A stretch of DNA of 64,000 nt from Paracoccaceae bacterium (GCA_041397045.1 JAWKXK010000012.1:83856-147855); one strand, 5' to 3'; shown: positions 30,746-42,530, counted from the first letter of the stretch. Notes: generated from the letters alone by a model not told the origin. Translations and numbers: made by a program.

Positions 30746-32428
30746 GTGAACCGGGGCTTTGTGACAGGTGTGATTTGGGGCGGTGTCGTCGCGGTGACGG
30801 GGCTGGCCGTGGTGTCGCAGGTGGCGCCCTTGCCGCAGCCTGGCCCGATGGCGGGCGAAACCGCCGGCGCGGAGGCGACCGACGGGTCGAACACTTCGGA
30901 TCAAGCCGCCGGCGTGGAGGCGGTGGCCGCGCCAGAGGCGATCGCCGGTGGCGGAAGCGGGGAGGCCCCGGCTGCGCCTGTGGCGGAGGCTCTTGCCGAC
31001 GTGGCCGAGAGCCCGGAGAGTTCGACCACAGACGCGGAGGCGGCTGCGGTTCCGGAGACCGGGGAAGAGACTGGGGAACTAGCTGGGGAAGTGGCTGGAG
31101 AAGTGGCCCCGGCAGATGAGATGGCGGTCGAGGAACTGCAACCCGAAATCCTGCAGAAGGGCCCCCCGCCCGGGTCTGGCCAGCCTGTGGAGGCGGACGG
31201 GGTCACCGAAGCGGATGTGCCCGGGGACGCCGCTGCGCCCGAGCCCGTGACCGAGACCGAGACTGGGACCGAACCCGGGCCTGAACTTGCCCAACCTGAA
31301 TTGCCCATGGCCACCGCGCCCGAAGCGCCTGTCGCGCCCGCGCAGCCCGAGGCGGGAACGACCCTGCCAGCCCCCGCCGATGCCGCGGCACCGGATCTGG
31401 CGCAGGCCATTGCCCCGGCGGAACCGATGCCGGATGCCGCCCCGGATGCGGTCTTGTCCCCGCCCGCCCAACCCGGCGAGGCGCTGATGCAGCCCGCAGC
31501 GCAGGGGCTTGCCGAGGCCGCGCCCGCGCTTGTCGTGCCCGAGGAGCCGCAGCCCGCGCCGATGGCGTTGCCGCAGATCCTGCCCGAGGCGGCGGCAGAG
31601 GGGGGCGCGTTGCCGGAGGCCGATGCGATTGCGATGCCCGGCGTGCGGACGGATCGCCTGCCGCGCATCGGGGATGAGGAAAGCCCGCCTGTGGCAGAGG
31701 CAGCCCCCGGCGCGGCTGTCGGCGAAGAGGTTGCCGTTCTGGGGACGACGCCGCTGGAACTGTTCCGGCGTGCCTTCGACAACCCGGATGGCAAGCCGAT
31801 CTTCGGCATCGTGCTTGTCGATGACGGCCTGCCGGAGGACGAGCGGGCGCGGCTGGCCGCGCTGCCCTTTCCGGTGACCTTCGCGCTGGATCCGCTGGCC
31901 GCGGATGCGGCGGCGGCGGCGCGCGTCTATCGCGATGCCGGGCAGGAGGTGGCGATGCTGGCCAGCGGCATCCCACAAGGCGCGACGGCGGCGGATCTGG
32001 AGCAGACCTTTCAGGCGCTGGACATAGCCCTGCCCGAGGCGGTGGCGGTGCTGGACCGGATGACCGGCGGCTTTCAGGACGATCTGGCGCTGGCCCGGCA
32101 GGCCGTGCCTATCGTGGCCGAACAGGGCCGTGGCATCGTCACCTATGATCGCGGCCTGAATTCCGCCGATCAGGTGGCCCGCCGCGAGGGCGCCCCGCGC
32201 GCGACCATCTTCCGCATCCTTGATTCCGAAGGGGAATCCATCCCGAAGATGCGCAACTATCTGGATCGGGCGGCCTTCAAGGCCGCGCAGGAGGGCCGTG
32301 TGCTGGTGATCGGGCAGGCCCGGGCCGAGACGGTGGCGGCGATTCTGGAATGGACGGTGGAGGGGCGCGCCGCAAGCGTGGCGCTGGCCCCGCTGAGCGC
32401 GGTGCTGGAGACGAGCGCGACACCCTGA
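30746..32428 (+). CDS. Divergent polysaccharide deacetylase family protein with a long acidic Pro/Ala/Glu linker
   Basis: N-terminal TM, about 300 aa low-complexity region, then IVLVDDG...PFPVTFALDP...YLDRAAFKAAQEG. Confidence 0.82.
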   Translation: MNRGFVTGVIWGGVVAVTGLAVVSQVAPLPQPGPMAGETAGAEATDGSNTSDQAAGVEAVAAPEAIAGGGSGEAPAAPVAEALADVAESPESSTTDAEAAAVPETGEETGELAGEVAGEVAPADEMAVEELQPEILQKGPPPGSGQPVEADGVTEADVPGDAAAPEPVTETETGTEPGPELAQPELPMATAPEAPVAPAQPEAGTTLPAPADAAAPDLAQAIAPAEPMPDAAPDAVLSPPAQPGEALMQPAAQGLAEAAPALVVPEEPQPAPMALPQILPEAAAEGGALPEADAIAMPGVRTDRLPRIGDEESPPVAEAAPGAAVGEEVAVLGTTPLELFRRAFDNPDGKPIFGIVLVDDGLPEDERARLAALPFPVTFALDPLAADAAAAARVYRDAGQEVAMLASGIPQGATAADLEQTFQALDIALPEAVAVLDRMTGGFQDDLALARQAVPIVAEQGRGIVTYDRGLNSADQVARREGAPRATIFRILDSEGESIPKMRNYLDRAAFKAAQEGRVLVIGQARAETVAAILEWTVEGRAASVALAPLSAVLETSATP

Positions 32429-32500
32429 AGGCGGTGGCGCGTCTCAGGACGCCTGTGATCTGGTGACGGGGGGGTGCGGGGCCGTTGCCCCCGCCCGCTT

Positions 32501-34009
32501 TCAGGCATTGGAGCGGCGGGTGAAGAGGCCCGCATCTTCCGCCGCGCGGCGCAGGGCGCGGGATTTGTTGACGGTTTCCTGATATTCCGCCTCGGGGTCG
32601 CTGTCATAGACGACGCCGCCGCCGGCCTGAATATAAAGCGTTTCATCCTTCAGGACGGCCGTGCGCAGCGCGATGCAGAAATCCATCTCGCCGTTGCAGG
32701 CAAAATAGCCCACGCCGCCGCCATAGACGCCGCGCTTTTCGGGTTCCAGCTCGTCGATGATTTCCATCGCGCGGACCTTGGGCGCACCCGACACCGTGCC
32801 CGCGGGCAGGCCCGCCAGCAAGGCGGAGAGGGCGTCTTCGCCATCCGCGATCTCGCCCACCACGTTCGAGACGATGTGCATGACATGGGAGTAGCGTTCG
32901 ATGATGAACTGCTCGGTCGGCCTTACGGTGCCGACCTTGGCCACGCGGCCCACGTCATTGCGCCCGAGGTCGAGGAGCATGAGGTGTTCGGCCAGTTCCT
33001 TGCGATCGGCCAGAAGATCGGCCTCCAGCGCCTTGTCCTCTTCCGGGGTGGCCCCGCGCTTGCGCGTGCCGGCGATGGGGCGGACCGTCACTTCGCCGTC
33101 GCGCAGACGGACGAGGATTTCCGGGCTGGCCCCCACGACCTGAAAGCCGCCGAAGTTGAAGAAGAACATGAAGGGCGAGGGGTTGGTGCGGCGCAGCGAG
33201 CGGTAGAGCGCGAAGGGCGGCAGTTCGAAGCTTTGCGCCCAGCGTTGCGAGGGGACGACCTGGAAGATGTCGCCCGCGCGGATGTAGTCCTTGGCGCGTT
33301 CCACGGCGGCCTTGTAGCCATCATGGGTGAAGTTGGAGCGGGCCTCGCCCACGGGGGCGGCTTCGCCGAAATCGCGCTGGGCGGGGGGGGCGCGATCAAG
33401 ATCGCGCAGCGCGTCCATCACCCGTTCGGCGGCCTGCGCATAGGCGGCGCGGGCGGTGAGGCCCGGGGCGATCCAGGCGGGGGCGACGATGGTGACATCG
33501 CCCTTGACCCCATCCAGCACCGCCACGACCGAGGGGCGCATCAGCACCGCATCCGGCAGACCCAGCGGATCGGGGTTCACATCGGGCAGATGTTCCACAA
33601 GGCGGATCATGTCATAGCCGAGATAGCCGAAGAGACCCGCCGCGATGGCGGGCATCCCCTCGGGCAGGTCGATCCGGCTTTCGGCAATCAGCGCACGCAG
33701 GGTATCGAGGGGGTGGCCCTCAAGCGCCGTGAAGGCGGCGGGGTCGAAGCGCGCCTCGCGGTTGATGCGGCTTTGCTGCCCGTGGCATTGCCAGATCAGA
33801 TCGGGCTTCATGCCCACCACCGAATAACGCCCCCGCACCTCGCCCCCGGTCACGCTTTCCAGCATGAAGGTGTCGGCGCGGGCCTCGGCCAGTTTGAGCA
33901 TCAGCGAGACCGGCGTATCCAGATCCGCCGCGATGCGGGCATGGACGATCTGGTTGCGCCCGGCGGCCCAGCCGCGTTCGAATTCGGCGAAGGAAGGTTC
34001 CAGTTTCAT
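32501..34009 (-). CDS. trpE: Anthranilate synthase component I
   Basis: DLDTPVS, LESVTGG, GDIFQVVPSQR, NPSPF, PIAGT, EHLMLLDLGRND, SGAPKVRAM. Confidence 0.97.
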   Translation of the reverse strand: MKLEPSFAEFERGWAAGRNQIVHARIAADLDTPVSLMLKLAEARADTFMLESVTGGEVRGRYSVVGMKPDLIWQCHGQQSRINREARFDPAAFTALEGHPLDTLRALIAESRIDLPEGMPAIAAGLFGYLGYDMIRLVEHLPDVNPDPLGLPDAVLMRPSVVAVLDGVKGDVTIVAPAWIAPGLTARAAYAQAAERVMDALRDLDRAPPAQRDFGEAAPVGEARSNFTHDGYKAAVERAKDYIRAGDIFQVVPSQRWAQSFELPPFALYRSLRRTNPSPFMFFFNFGGFQVVGASPEILVRLRDGEVTVRPIAGTRKRGATPEEDKALEADLLADRKELAEHLMLLDLGRNDVGRVAKVGTVRPTEQFIIERYSHVMHIVSNVVGEIADGEDALSALLAGLPAGTVSGAPKVRAMEIIDELEPEKRGVYGGGVGYFACNGEMDFCIALRTAVLKDETLYIQAGGGVVYDSDPEAEYQETVNKSRALRRAAEDAGLFTRRSNA

Positions 34010-34020
34010 GGGCCCGGCCT

Positions 34021-35892
34021 TCAGTTCATCTGGGCGTGAACCGCGTTGACGGCGGTCTGGTCGATCTGGATGCCCGCCTCATTCGACAGGGCATTGGTGA
34101 AGAGCGTGAAGGCATCCTGTGCCAAGGCCTGCCGGGCGCGCAGCGTGATGGTGTCGCGCAGGGCCTCGGCCTCGTCGCCTTCGGTTTCGGCGGGCAGGAT
34201 GGCATCAAGCTGCACGAGGCCGGTGAAGCCCGGGCCTTCGATCACCCGCAATTCGCCCTCGGCCATGGCAAAGACCGCAGGCAGGAGCGTTTCGGGCGTG
34301 TTTTCAAGGAAACCGTCGCGCCCGATGCCGCGCGTCACGCTGACGATGCCGAAGGCGCCAAGGGATTTGCCGCCCTCCACCTCGGCCCGGATGGCGGCGG
34401 CGCGGTCGGCCAGCGCGCGGGCGGTGGCCTCGGCCGTCCAGCCGGCGATGACATCTTCGCGCGCCTCCTCCAGCGGGATCGGGGCGGCGGGAACGATCTC
34501 GTCCAGGCGGAGGGCGACGAGGCCGCCATCCTGCAAAAGCTCTGCCTCGGGGAAATCGCCTTCCTGCACGGCTTCGACGGCGGCGCGGAAATCGGGATAG
34601 GCGGTGATGCCTTCGGGCGTGTCGCCGGGGCGGTAGTCGAGGGTGGCGATCTCCATCCCCTGTTCCTCTGCCACGGTTTCCAGATCGGCGCCGGAGGCGA
34701 GAAGATCGTTGATCTCTTCCAGACGGGACGAGATGGCCCGGCGCGCGGCATCGGTGCGCAGTTCCGCGCCAAGGCTTTCGCGGGCCTCGTCGAAGGTGGT
34801 TTCCTGCGCGGCCAGAATGGCGTTCATCCGGAAGAGCGCGGGGCCGAGATCGGATGGCACCGGCCCCACGACGCCCGGTTCGGACAGCGCGAAGACGGCC
34901 TCGCCCGCCGCGCCAAGATCGGTGCGGGAAACGTCGCCAAGGTCGATGTCATCGAGCGTGAGGCCGCGTTCGGCGACGAGATCGTCAAAGCTCGCCTCGC
35001 CCGCATCCAGCCGGGCCTTGGCGGCGCTGGCCTCTTCCTCGGTCGGGTAGACGAGGCGTTCGACAAGGCGCTTTTCGGGGATCATGAATTCGTCGATGCG
35101 CTGATCGTAAAGGCTGCGCAGCGCGGCTTCGTCCAGCTCCATTTCGGGGGCGAGCGTTTCGGGGAGGAGGGCGACATAGGTGATGCGCTTGGCCTCGGCC
35201 CGGGTGAAGCGGTCGATATTGGCCTGATGGAAGGCCTGCAATTCTTCCTCGGTCGGGGCGGCGAGGGGGGAGGGCAGATCGGCCGCCGTCAGCGCGAGAA
35301 GCGAGAAGCTGCGCCGTTCGCCAGCCCAGGCGGCAAGGCGATCCACGGCCACGGCGGGGGCGGTAAAGCCACCGACGACGGCCCCTTGCAGGATGGAGCG
35401 GGCGACATCCTCGCGGATGCCCTGTTCGAATTCGGCCTCGGTCAGGTTGTTGCGCTGCAGGGCGAAGCGGTAGGTTTCGCGATCGAAGCTGCCCGCCGTG
35501 CCCTGAAAGGCGCGCATGGCGGTGATTTCCTGCGCAACCGTCGCGTCGCCCGCGGAAATGCCGATGCGCGCGGATTCATTATCAAGCGCGGCGCGGGTGA
35601 TCACCTGCTGCAGCACCTGCCGGTCAAGCCCGAAGGCCTGGGCCTGGGCGAAGGTGATGGGCTGGCCGAACTGGGCCGAAAGCGCATCCATTTCCTGCCG
35701 CAGGGCGCGGGCATAGTCGTTCACCGAGATTTCGCGGTCGCCGACCTTGCCGAGCGAGGTGACGCCGCCGCCGAAATTGGTGACGCCAAAGCCGCCGAGG
35801 CCGATCATCACCAGCACGAGGATGACCCAGACAACGATGCTGCCGGCCTTCTTCTTCTTGCGGGGCTCGTCGGTTTCGGAGGGCTTGGCCAT
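34021..35892 (-). CDS. ppiD: PpiD-like membrane-anchored chaperone (SurA N-terminal plus rotamase domains)
   Basis: N-terminal TM, KVGDREIS, FDRETY, parvulin-like region; directly upstream of trpE. Confidence 0.85.
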   Translation of the reverse strand: MAKPSETDEPRKKKKAGSIVVWVILVLVMIGLGGFGVTNFGGGVTSLGKVGDREISVNDYARALRQEMDALSAQFGQPITFAQAQAFGLDRQVLQQVITRAALDNESARIGISAGDATVAQEITAMRAFQGTAGSFDRETYRFALQRNNLTEAEFEQGIREDVARSILQGAVVGGFTAPAVAVDRLAAWAGERRSFSLLALTAADLPSPLAAPTEEELQAFHQANIDRFTRAEAKRITYVALLPETLAPEMELDEAALRSLYDQRIDEFMIPEKRLVERLVYPTEEEASAAKARLDAGEASFDDLVAERGLTLDDIDLGDVSRTDLGAAGEAVFALSEPGVVGPVPSDLGPALFRMNAILAAQETTFDEARESLGAELRTDAARRAISSRLEEINDLLASGADLETVAEEQGMEIATLDYRPGDTPEGITAYPDFRAAVEAVQEGDFPEAELLQDGGLVALRLDEIVPAAPIPLEEAREDVIAGWTAEATARALADRAAAIRAEVEGGKSLGAFGIVSVTRGIGRDGFLENTPETLLPAVFAMAEGELRVIEGPGFTGLVQLDAILPAETEGDEAEALRDTITLRARQALAQDAFTLFTNALSNEAGIQIDQTAVNAVHAQMN

Positions 35893-36272
35893 GGGTCGCG
35901 CCTTTACGGGCTGGGGAAATATCGCAGCCTGTCTAGTGGGTCAGCGCGCGGGGGGCAAGCGGGGCAGGTGGATGGAGGGGGGGCGCTTGCGCGAATCATG
36001 CCTCTTGCATATCGGATTATACAGGCGTGCAAATTCGGACGCCGGCTTGTGGCCTGCGGGACCGGATCGTGAGGCGCGGCGTGCGGGTGGCCGGGTGTGG
36101 TTCTGCGCGGTGTGAACGCAAGGGGAGGGGTGTTTTCCAGTTGTCGACCCGGACCTGCGAGTTGCGGGACGGGGCCAGTCCATCATGCATGACCGTCCGG
36201 CCGACGCAGGCAGTGAGCACTGCGGTCGTAGCGTCCTGATCGTAACCAGTTCTGAGTAGTGAGTGAATCCAG

Positions 36273-39200
36273 ATGCCCAATCCGACCGTCAACCCGCTGA
36301 CAATCAGCCTGAGCGCGCCCAAAATCATCCTGTCCGGGACAGGTGAGCCCAACACCAATGTCAACGTGTAAGTCTACACGGGTGAATTCCAGGGGAACCC
36401 CGCCTTCTACGTGAACGAGTCTGTCTTTGTGGACGCGTATGGCAACTGGGAATTGGATCTCACTGGCAACACCATCTTCGTCTATCGTGAGTTGATTGCA
36501 GCGACCTACAATGTGCTGGTCGGCGCGGAGGGCGCGCCGCTTGATTTTACCGCCGTCCACCAAATTTCCCTTACCCCCGAAGTTCTGGCATTGACCTTCA
36601 CGTTGGCCAGTGACAGCGGTCTGTCGGACAGCGATGGGCTGACCAATGACGGAACCTTCATCATTGGCAACCTGTTGGACGGTGCCACATGGGAATACCA
36701 GTTGAACGGCGGCGCGTGGCAGGCCGGAACCGGGACTTCCTTCGTCCTTCCGTCGGATGGCACCTATGATGTCAAGGTCCGGCAGATTGACGCCTATGGC
36801 TTTGTCGGCCCGCAATCCAATGCGACCTCGGACGGGGCGCTGGACCTGCCCGGAAACACGCTGCTGGTCGCGGACAATCCGATTTTTGGTTCGACCGATT
36901 TCACCTATGCGATGACGGTGAATTTCGACACATTGGTCGGCGACTTCGTGCTTTTTGGAAGTGGTGATCTGATCAACCATAACCAGAGCATGATCCGCAT
37001 CAACAACGGAAAGATTTCGATCCACACGGCCAATGTCGGGGACGAAATCGTGCACAATTTCCAATTGCAAACCGGGGTCGATTACACCTTTGTCGCCACT
37101 TATGACAGCCTTTATGTCAGTGACGGCACGACGGTCACTCTGTTGTGGGATAGTGCCGAATTCGATCAGGACTTCGGACGATATCTGCAGTTTGGCGCAT
37201 GGTCGAACGGCAGTTACGCGGAGCGCGCGCTTGATGGAACGATCAGCAACGTTCAGGTCTATACACGCACCCTGACCGGGGCGGATCTTGCGACCGTGCT
37301 GGACGGGGGCGTGGTGAATGCCACCGAGGCAGACGCCGCTTACCTTGCGGTCTATTACACCTTTCAGGACCCCGATGCGCTGGGTGACAGGTCGGGCAAC
37401 GACAATGACCTAGTGGTTTACGTTGGCAGCCCGTCCGTCGTGGGGGACGGGCGGAGCCTGACCTATGTGCTGGACACCGTGGCGCCGGCCAAACCCGTTC
37501 CCGGGCTTATCAATGACAGCGGTCGGCTGTCGTGGGATGGCGTCACCAATGACGGGCGCGTGGCCGTGGGCGGGCTGGAGGCAGACACCACAGGGAGTGG
37601 TCGCTGGACAGTGGCACGACATGGCAGGCGGGGAGCGGCAGGGGCTTTACACTGCCGAATGAGGGGCAATACTTCATCCTTGTCCGCCAGACCGATGCCG
37701 CTGGAAACGTTGGTCTTTCGGAGCCCACGTTCGTTGACTTCGACGTCTCCCGTCCCGCGACCCCGTCCTTGCTGCTGTCGCTCGGGCAGGGCACCAATGA
37801 CGGCGGCAACCTGACGGACAGCAGCGCCATCACCGTCCTCGGGCTGGAACAGGATGCAAGCTGGATCTACAGCCTTGACGGCGAAACCTGGCAGATTGGC
37901 CAGGGCGGGACGATCGAACTTCCCGCGGAAGGCGTCTATTCGGTGCGGGTCCGACAGACCGACCGTGCCGGAAACGCCAGCGATCTGATCACCAGGACGG
38001 TCATTTACGATGGCACGCCCCCGGTCGCCCCGACGGTATCGCTGGACGTCGATTCCGGGGCGTCGGGGACCGATGGCATCACGGGAAGCGGCGCATCCGT
38101 CTTGGTTGGCGGGCTGGAACCCGGTGGGTCGTGGGACTATTCGATGGACGGCGGCGTATCCTGGAAAATCGGCGAGGGAAGCTCGTTCCGGTTGGCGGAT
38201 GTCGACGGGGCCTATGTTGTGGTTGTGCGCCAGACCGATGTGGCTGGACGGGTTGCCACATCCAATCCGGTTCAATTCGTGGTCGATACAACGCCGCCGC
38301 CTGCGCCGACCTTCGTCTTCGAAGGGGATGCGTCAACGGATCCGGGTGCGCGCATCATCCAGATCCTTGGTCTGGAGAACGGCGCGAGCTGGGAATATTC
38401 CATTGATGGCGGAAGCTGGAAGACCGGCGCGGGCACCAGCTTCCGACTGCCGGCCGATGTCAGATCCAGCATGGTCATCAGCCTGCGGCAGACCGATCTG
38501 GCCGGAAACACCGGCCCATCGGCAGAGTACCTGTTCGATCTGCCACAGATCGTGATCCGGGACGGGGACGGCGAATTCCTGATGGGACTTGGGGGTGACG
38601 ATTTCATCTCGGGGCTGGACGGCGGTGACGTTTTTGGAAGGCTATGGCGGCAGCGACATCCTTGACGGTGGGCGGGGGGGCGAGGAAGCCTGCTCAGGGG
38701 GCAAGGGGCCGATATTCTGGTCGGTGGCGAGGGGTCGACATCGCCAGTTACGCGTCCTCTGGCGCGGGCGTCGTGGTCAGGCTGGATACAGGGCGCGGCA
38801 CGGGCGGCGATGCACAGGGGGACATCCTCGTCGGCATCGAAAACCTGTACGGCAGCGTCTGGAACGACCGCCTGTTCAGCAACTGCGCAATCGAACACGA
38901 TCGTCGCGTCGTCGGGTAGCGATCAGCTGTCGGGCCTGCGGGCGATGATGTCCTGGAAGGCGGAGCGGAGGCTCGGGACAGCCTTTTGGCGGGGCAGGGG
39001 ACGACACTCTTGACGAGCGCGGGGGCCTTGGGGCGGATGTCCTCAATGGCGGCCAGGGCATCGACACGGCCACGTATAGAAATTCGGCTCAGATTTGTCG
39101 TGATCCTGATGGAGGAGAACGGCCACCCGGCGGCGAGCGCCAGAGGCGACAGGCTCATCGGGATCGAGAATATGTCATCGGTTCCGGGCTTCGCCGATAC

Positions 39201-39900
39201 GATCTCTGGCACGACGATCGGCAATGTCCTTTCGGGGTTTGAGGGCGATGACCTGCTCATGGGCATGAATGGCAATGATACGCTGGCAGGTGGCGATGGA
39301 AACGACGCCTTGCAGGGCGGCAATGGCAAGGACCTGCTGGAAGGCGGGGCTGGCGCCGATACGCTTGACGGCGGTATCGGGGTGGACATGGCAAGCTGGG
39401 CAGGCTCGTCGGCGGGCGTCTCGGTCAATCTGAGGGCGAAGACGGCGGAAGGGGGCGACGCAACCGGCGATGTCCTGATCGCCATCGAGAACCTCACCGG
39501 CAGATAATGCCGATACGCTGGTCGGAAACCTTACCGCGAACATGCTGATCGGCGGCAAGGGCAATGATGCCCTTTCAGGCCTGGGTGGCAACGACACGCT
39601 TCAGGGCGATGACGGGAACGACCGTCTGGATGGAGGCACGGGAATGATATCACCGGCGGATCGGGTGCCGACCAGTTCAGTTTTCCTGCGCGGTTGTGGC
39701 GATGACAGGATCACGGATTTCGGCGCGGGCGATACCCTCTCGCTGGATCGGGGGCTCTGGGCCCAGACAGGCGCCACTACGCTCGGAGATCCTTCCTCGC
39801 CCGCATGCCCGGCAGGGCGGTCAGGTCGTGCTCACCTTCAGTGCTTCCCGATATCCTGCGGCTGGACAACATGATGCTGTCGGACCTGCTGCATCAGTGA
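36273..39900 (+). CDS. Large Ig-repeat / LamG / RTX calcium-binding surface protein (one in-frame stop, multiple frameshifts; 3' end approximate)
   Basis: ATG 36273 (MPNPTVNP...), TAA at 36369, then the frame of ORF 36411. Repeats of DSG..DG.TN...WEYS.DGG.W..G.G.SF.L....Y.V.VRQTD.AGN; LamG-like DGTISNVQVYTRTL; GGXGXD nonapeptides from about 38570; C-terminal DRITDF. Confidence 0.8.
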
Positions 39901-39987
39901 TCGGTACTTCGTCGGCTTCGATCCGCACGAGCCAACATCAAGGGGCCGGATGGCATGACCGCATCCGGCCCACCTCCGCAGCGGGGA

Positions 39988-41146
39988 TCATGCCTGAAGG
40001 CGCACCCCGCAGAAGCCTGCGGAACATCTCGGCGATGCCGGTGGCACCAATATTGGCGAAGGCGTGCAATGGCGGCCTTCGGGATAGCTCGGGCTGGAAC
40101 ATGGCGGGCGGCGCGAGGAGCGAGGCCTCTTGCACCAGCCGCTTGGCCAGCGCATCGGAGGCCATGGCATGGGGATGTTCGACATGGGCGAAATAGGCCC
40201 CCGCACCCCAGCAGCTTCCATTCCGGCAGGGCGAAGCCCGAGGTCATGGCGACGGCGGGCGAGGATTTCATCCCGTTCGCCGGCCACCTGCGCGAGGTTC
40301 CGCATCCCAGAGCGCGCCGATCTGGCCCAGTTGCCGAGGGCAGATGGCGACGGTGTCGAGGAATTTTCCACCTCGGCCAACCGGGATGGCTTGCCACGAT
40401 GGCACCGACGCGGTGGCGCCGGATCAGACGGTAGGCCTTGGAGAAGCTGTAAAGCTGGATCAGCGTGTCGTCCCAGTCAGGATCGGTGAACAGATCATGC
40501 GGGCGGCCGGTGCGGGCATCGAAATCGCGATAGGTTTCATCGACGATCAGGGCAAGGTTGTTCGCACGGGCAAGGTCGCGGAAGGCGGCCAGCGTCTCGG
40601 CCGGGTATTCGACGCCGCCGGGGTTGTTGGGGCTGACCAGCACGATGGCGCGGGTGAGGGTGATCAGGCGGGCGGCAGCCGCTGCCTCGTAGGATCAGTC
40701 CGGAACCTGCGGGCAGGGGGACGGCGCGGACGCCCTGCATATCAATACATCTTGTGGTTGAAATACCACGAGGTGGGCAGGATCACCTCATCCCCGCTGC
40801 CCGCGAGGGTGGACATGACAGCGGTGAAGGCCTGATTGCAGCCTTGGGTGATGGCGGTCTGACCCTCGGTAATGGGGCCGCCATAGGCAGCGGACCATTG
40901 CGCCGCGATTTCCGCGCGGAGGTCGGGCAGGCCGAGGACGGGGCCGTAAAGATGGGCCGCGTCATTCGTGAGCGCGGCATCGGCGAGGGCCTGCCGCAGG
41001 CCAAGCGGCGGGGGATCGACGGGGGCGGCCTGGCTGACATTGATCAGCGGGCGGTCCGGCGGAAGGCGGCCTTGCGGCCAGCGGCGGGCCTCCATCACCG
41101 GGGGCGGATCGGTGGCGGCCATGGCGGGGTTCAGGGGCAGGGTCAT
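39988..41146 (-). CDS. Class I/II PLP-dependent aminotransferase (frameshifted)
   Basis: LINVSQAAP, ITQGCNQAF, WYFNHKM; LVSPNNPGG, IVDETYRDF, LYSFSKAYRL; AFANI. Pieces lie in different frames. Confidence 0.85.
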
Positions 41147-41300
41147 GGGTGGGTCCTCGGGCTGTCTGATCGGCGCAGTCTAGGCACCCATCCGGGCGCG
41201 CGCGCCTGTCAATTTGGTCAAGGCAGGCAGGATTTGCGACCTGTCGGGGGAATGGAAGGCGCATAATGCCGGGCGGCGGCGCGGGTCGGGGCTGTCGCAT

Positions 41301-41350
41301 GGGTATTTGGGCCAGGTGAAACAGCATCTTCATCTTGGCAAGAAATACCC
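41301..41350. repeat. REP-like inverted pair (GGGTATTTGGGCCAAGATGAAG family)
   Basis: GGGTATTTGGGCCAGGTGAA...CTTCATCTTGGCAAGAAATACCC; relatives at 48206 and 55826. Confidence 0.75.
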
Positions 41351-41389
41351 ATCTTACTGTTTCCGGCGGGCCGGGACGCGGGGCTGGGG

Positions 41390-41906
41390 TCAATCCGTGC
41401 GCGGAAGGCTGGACGTATTGCAGCGCCATGTCCATGGGAAGAAGATCCAGGTGTCCTGGCTGACCTCGGTCACATGGGTGTCGTCTGCCTTGCCGTGGGG
41501 TTTGGCATAGACGGTGGCGCAATGCGCCTTAGGGTAGAGGCTGCGGATCAGTTCAAGGGTCCGCCCGCTGTCGACGAGGTCATCGACGATGGGGGATGCC
41601 CGAACCATCGCCCATCAGATCGGCCTGCGGGGATTTCACCACCTGCGCGCGGCGCTGGTCCTGCGCACCGCCGCCGGAATGGTAGGATTTCACGCTGATC
41701 GTGTCGACGACGCGGATGTCCAGTTCGCGGCTGACGATCATCGCGGGGACGAGGCCGCCGCGGGTGATGCCGACGACGGCCTTCCAGGACCCGCCTTCCC
41801 CCGGACCCTTGCCGTCCAGCCGCCAGGCCAGCGCGCGGGCGTCGCGGTGGATCTGGTCCCAGCTGACATGGAAGCCTTTTTCATGCGGCAGGCGATCGGC
41901 GGACAT
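41390..41906 (-). CDS. gpt: Xanthine phosphoribosyltransferase (frameshifted)
   Basis: [59 protein letters not shown]. Confidence 0.92.
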
Positions 41907-41919
41907 GGGGCAATCCCTT

Positions 41920-42530
41920 TCCGGTGTGCGATCGCGATTCCCAGCAGGGCGAGCAATCCGCCGAAGCTGCGGTCGATCAGGGTTTTGAGGCTGATATAGC
42001 GGGCACGGGTGCGATCGAGGCTGAAGATGCGGGCGACGAGGCTGTTCCAGGCGGTTTCGGCGGTGAAGATCAGCGCGAGCAGGGCCCCGTAGACCCAGGC
42101 GGTGTGCCCTGCGGCACGGTGCCGAGAAGACCGGAACATCACGGCGGGCTTGGGGGTTTTTACCCAAGCTGCGTGAAGAGGCCAAACCGGAAGGCCGAGA
42201 GGCCGGAGCGCGGCACGGGGCGCGCGTCTTCGGTGACGAGGGGCGTCTGCGCATCGCGCCAGAGGTGCAGCGCCATCCAGATCAGATAGGCCGCGCCGCC
42301 CGGTTTCAGCGCCCAGAGGAGCGCGGGGCGGCGGCGAAGAGGCAGATTGAGGCCGAACATCGCCGCCGAGGCCCAGACCACCGCCCCCGCGCCGATGCCC
42401 ATGGCGAGCGCCGGGCGGTGCGGAAGCCTTCGGTCAGCCCGGTGCGCGCCGACATCAGCACCGCAGGACCCGGCGAGATGGCGGCGAAGATCACGCAGGC
42501 CCGCGAAGGCGAGAAGGCGGCGGGTGTCAT
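41920..42530 (-). CDS. LysE/RhtB family exporter (frameshifted; 3' end approximate)
   Basis: [38 protein letters not shown]. Confidence 0.82.

Noticed and set aside
35900-36270. c-di-GMP riboswitch upstream of the adhesin
   Set aside because: The GEMM consensus elements could not be matched by eye.
36369-36371. In-frame stop as a readthrough or recoding site in the adhesin
   Set aside because: It is TAA, not TGA or TAG; no recoding element is evident; and it lies in the error-rich part of the window.
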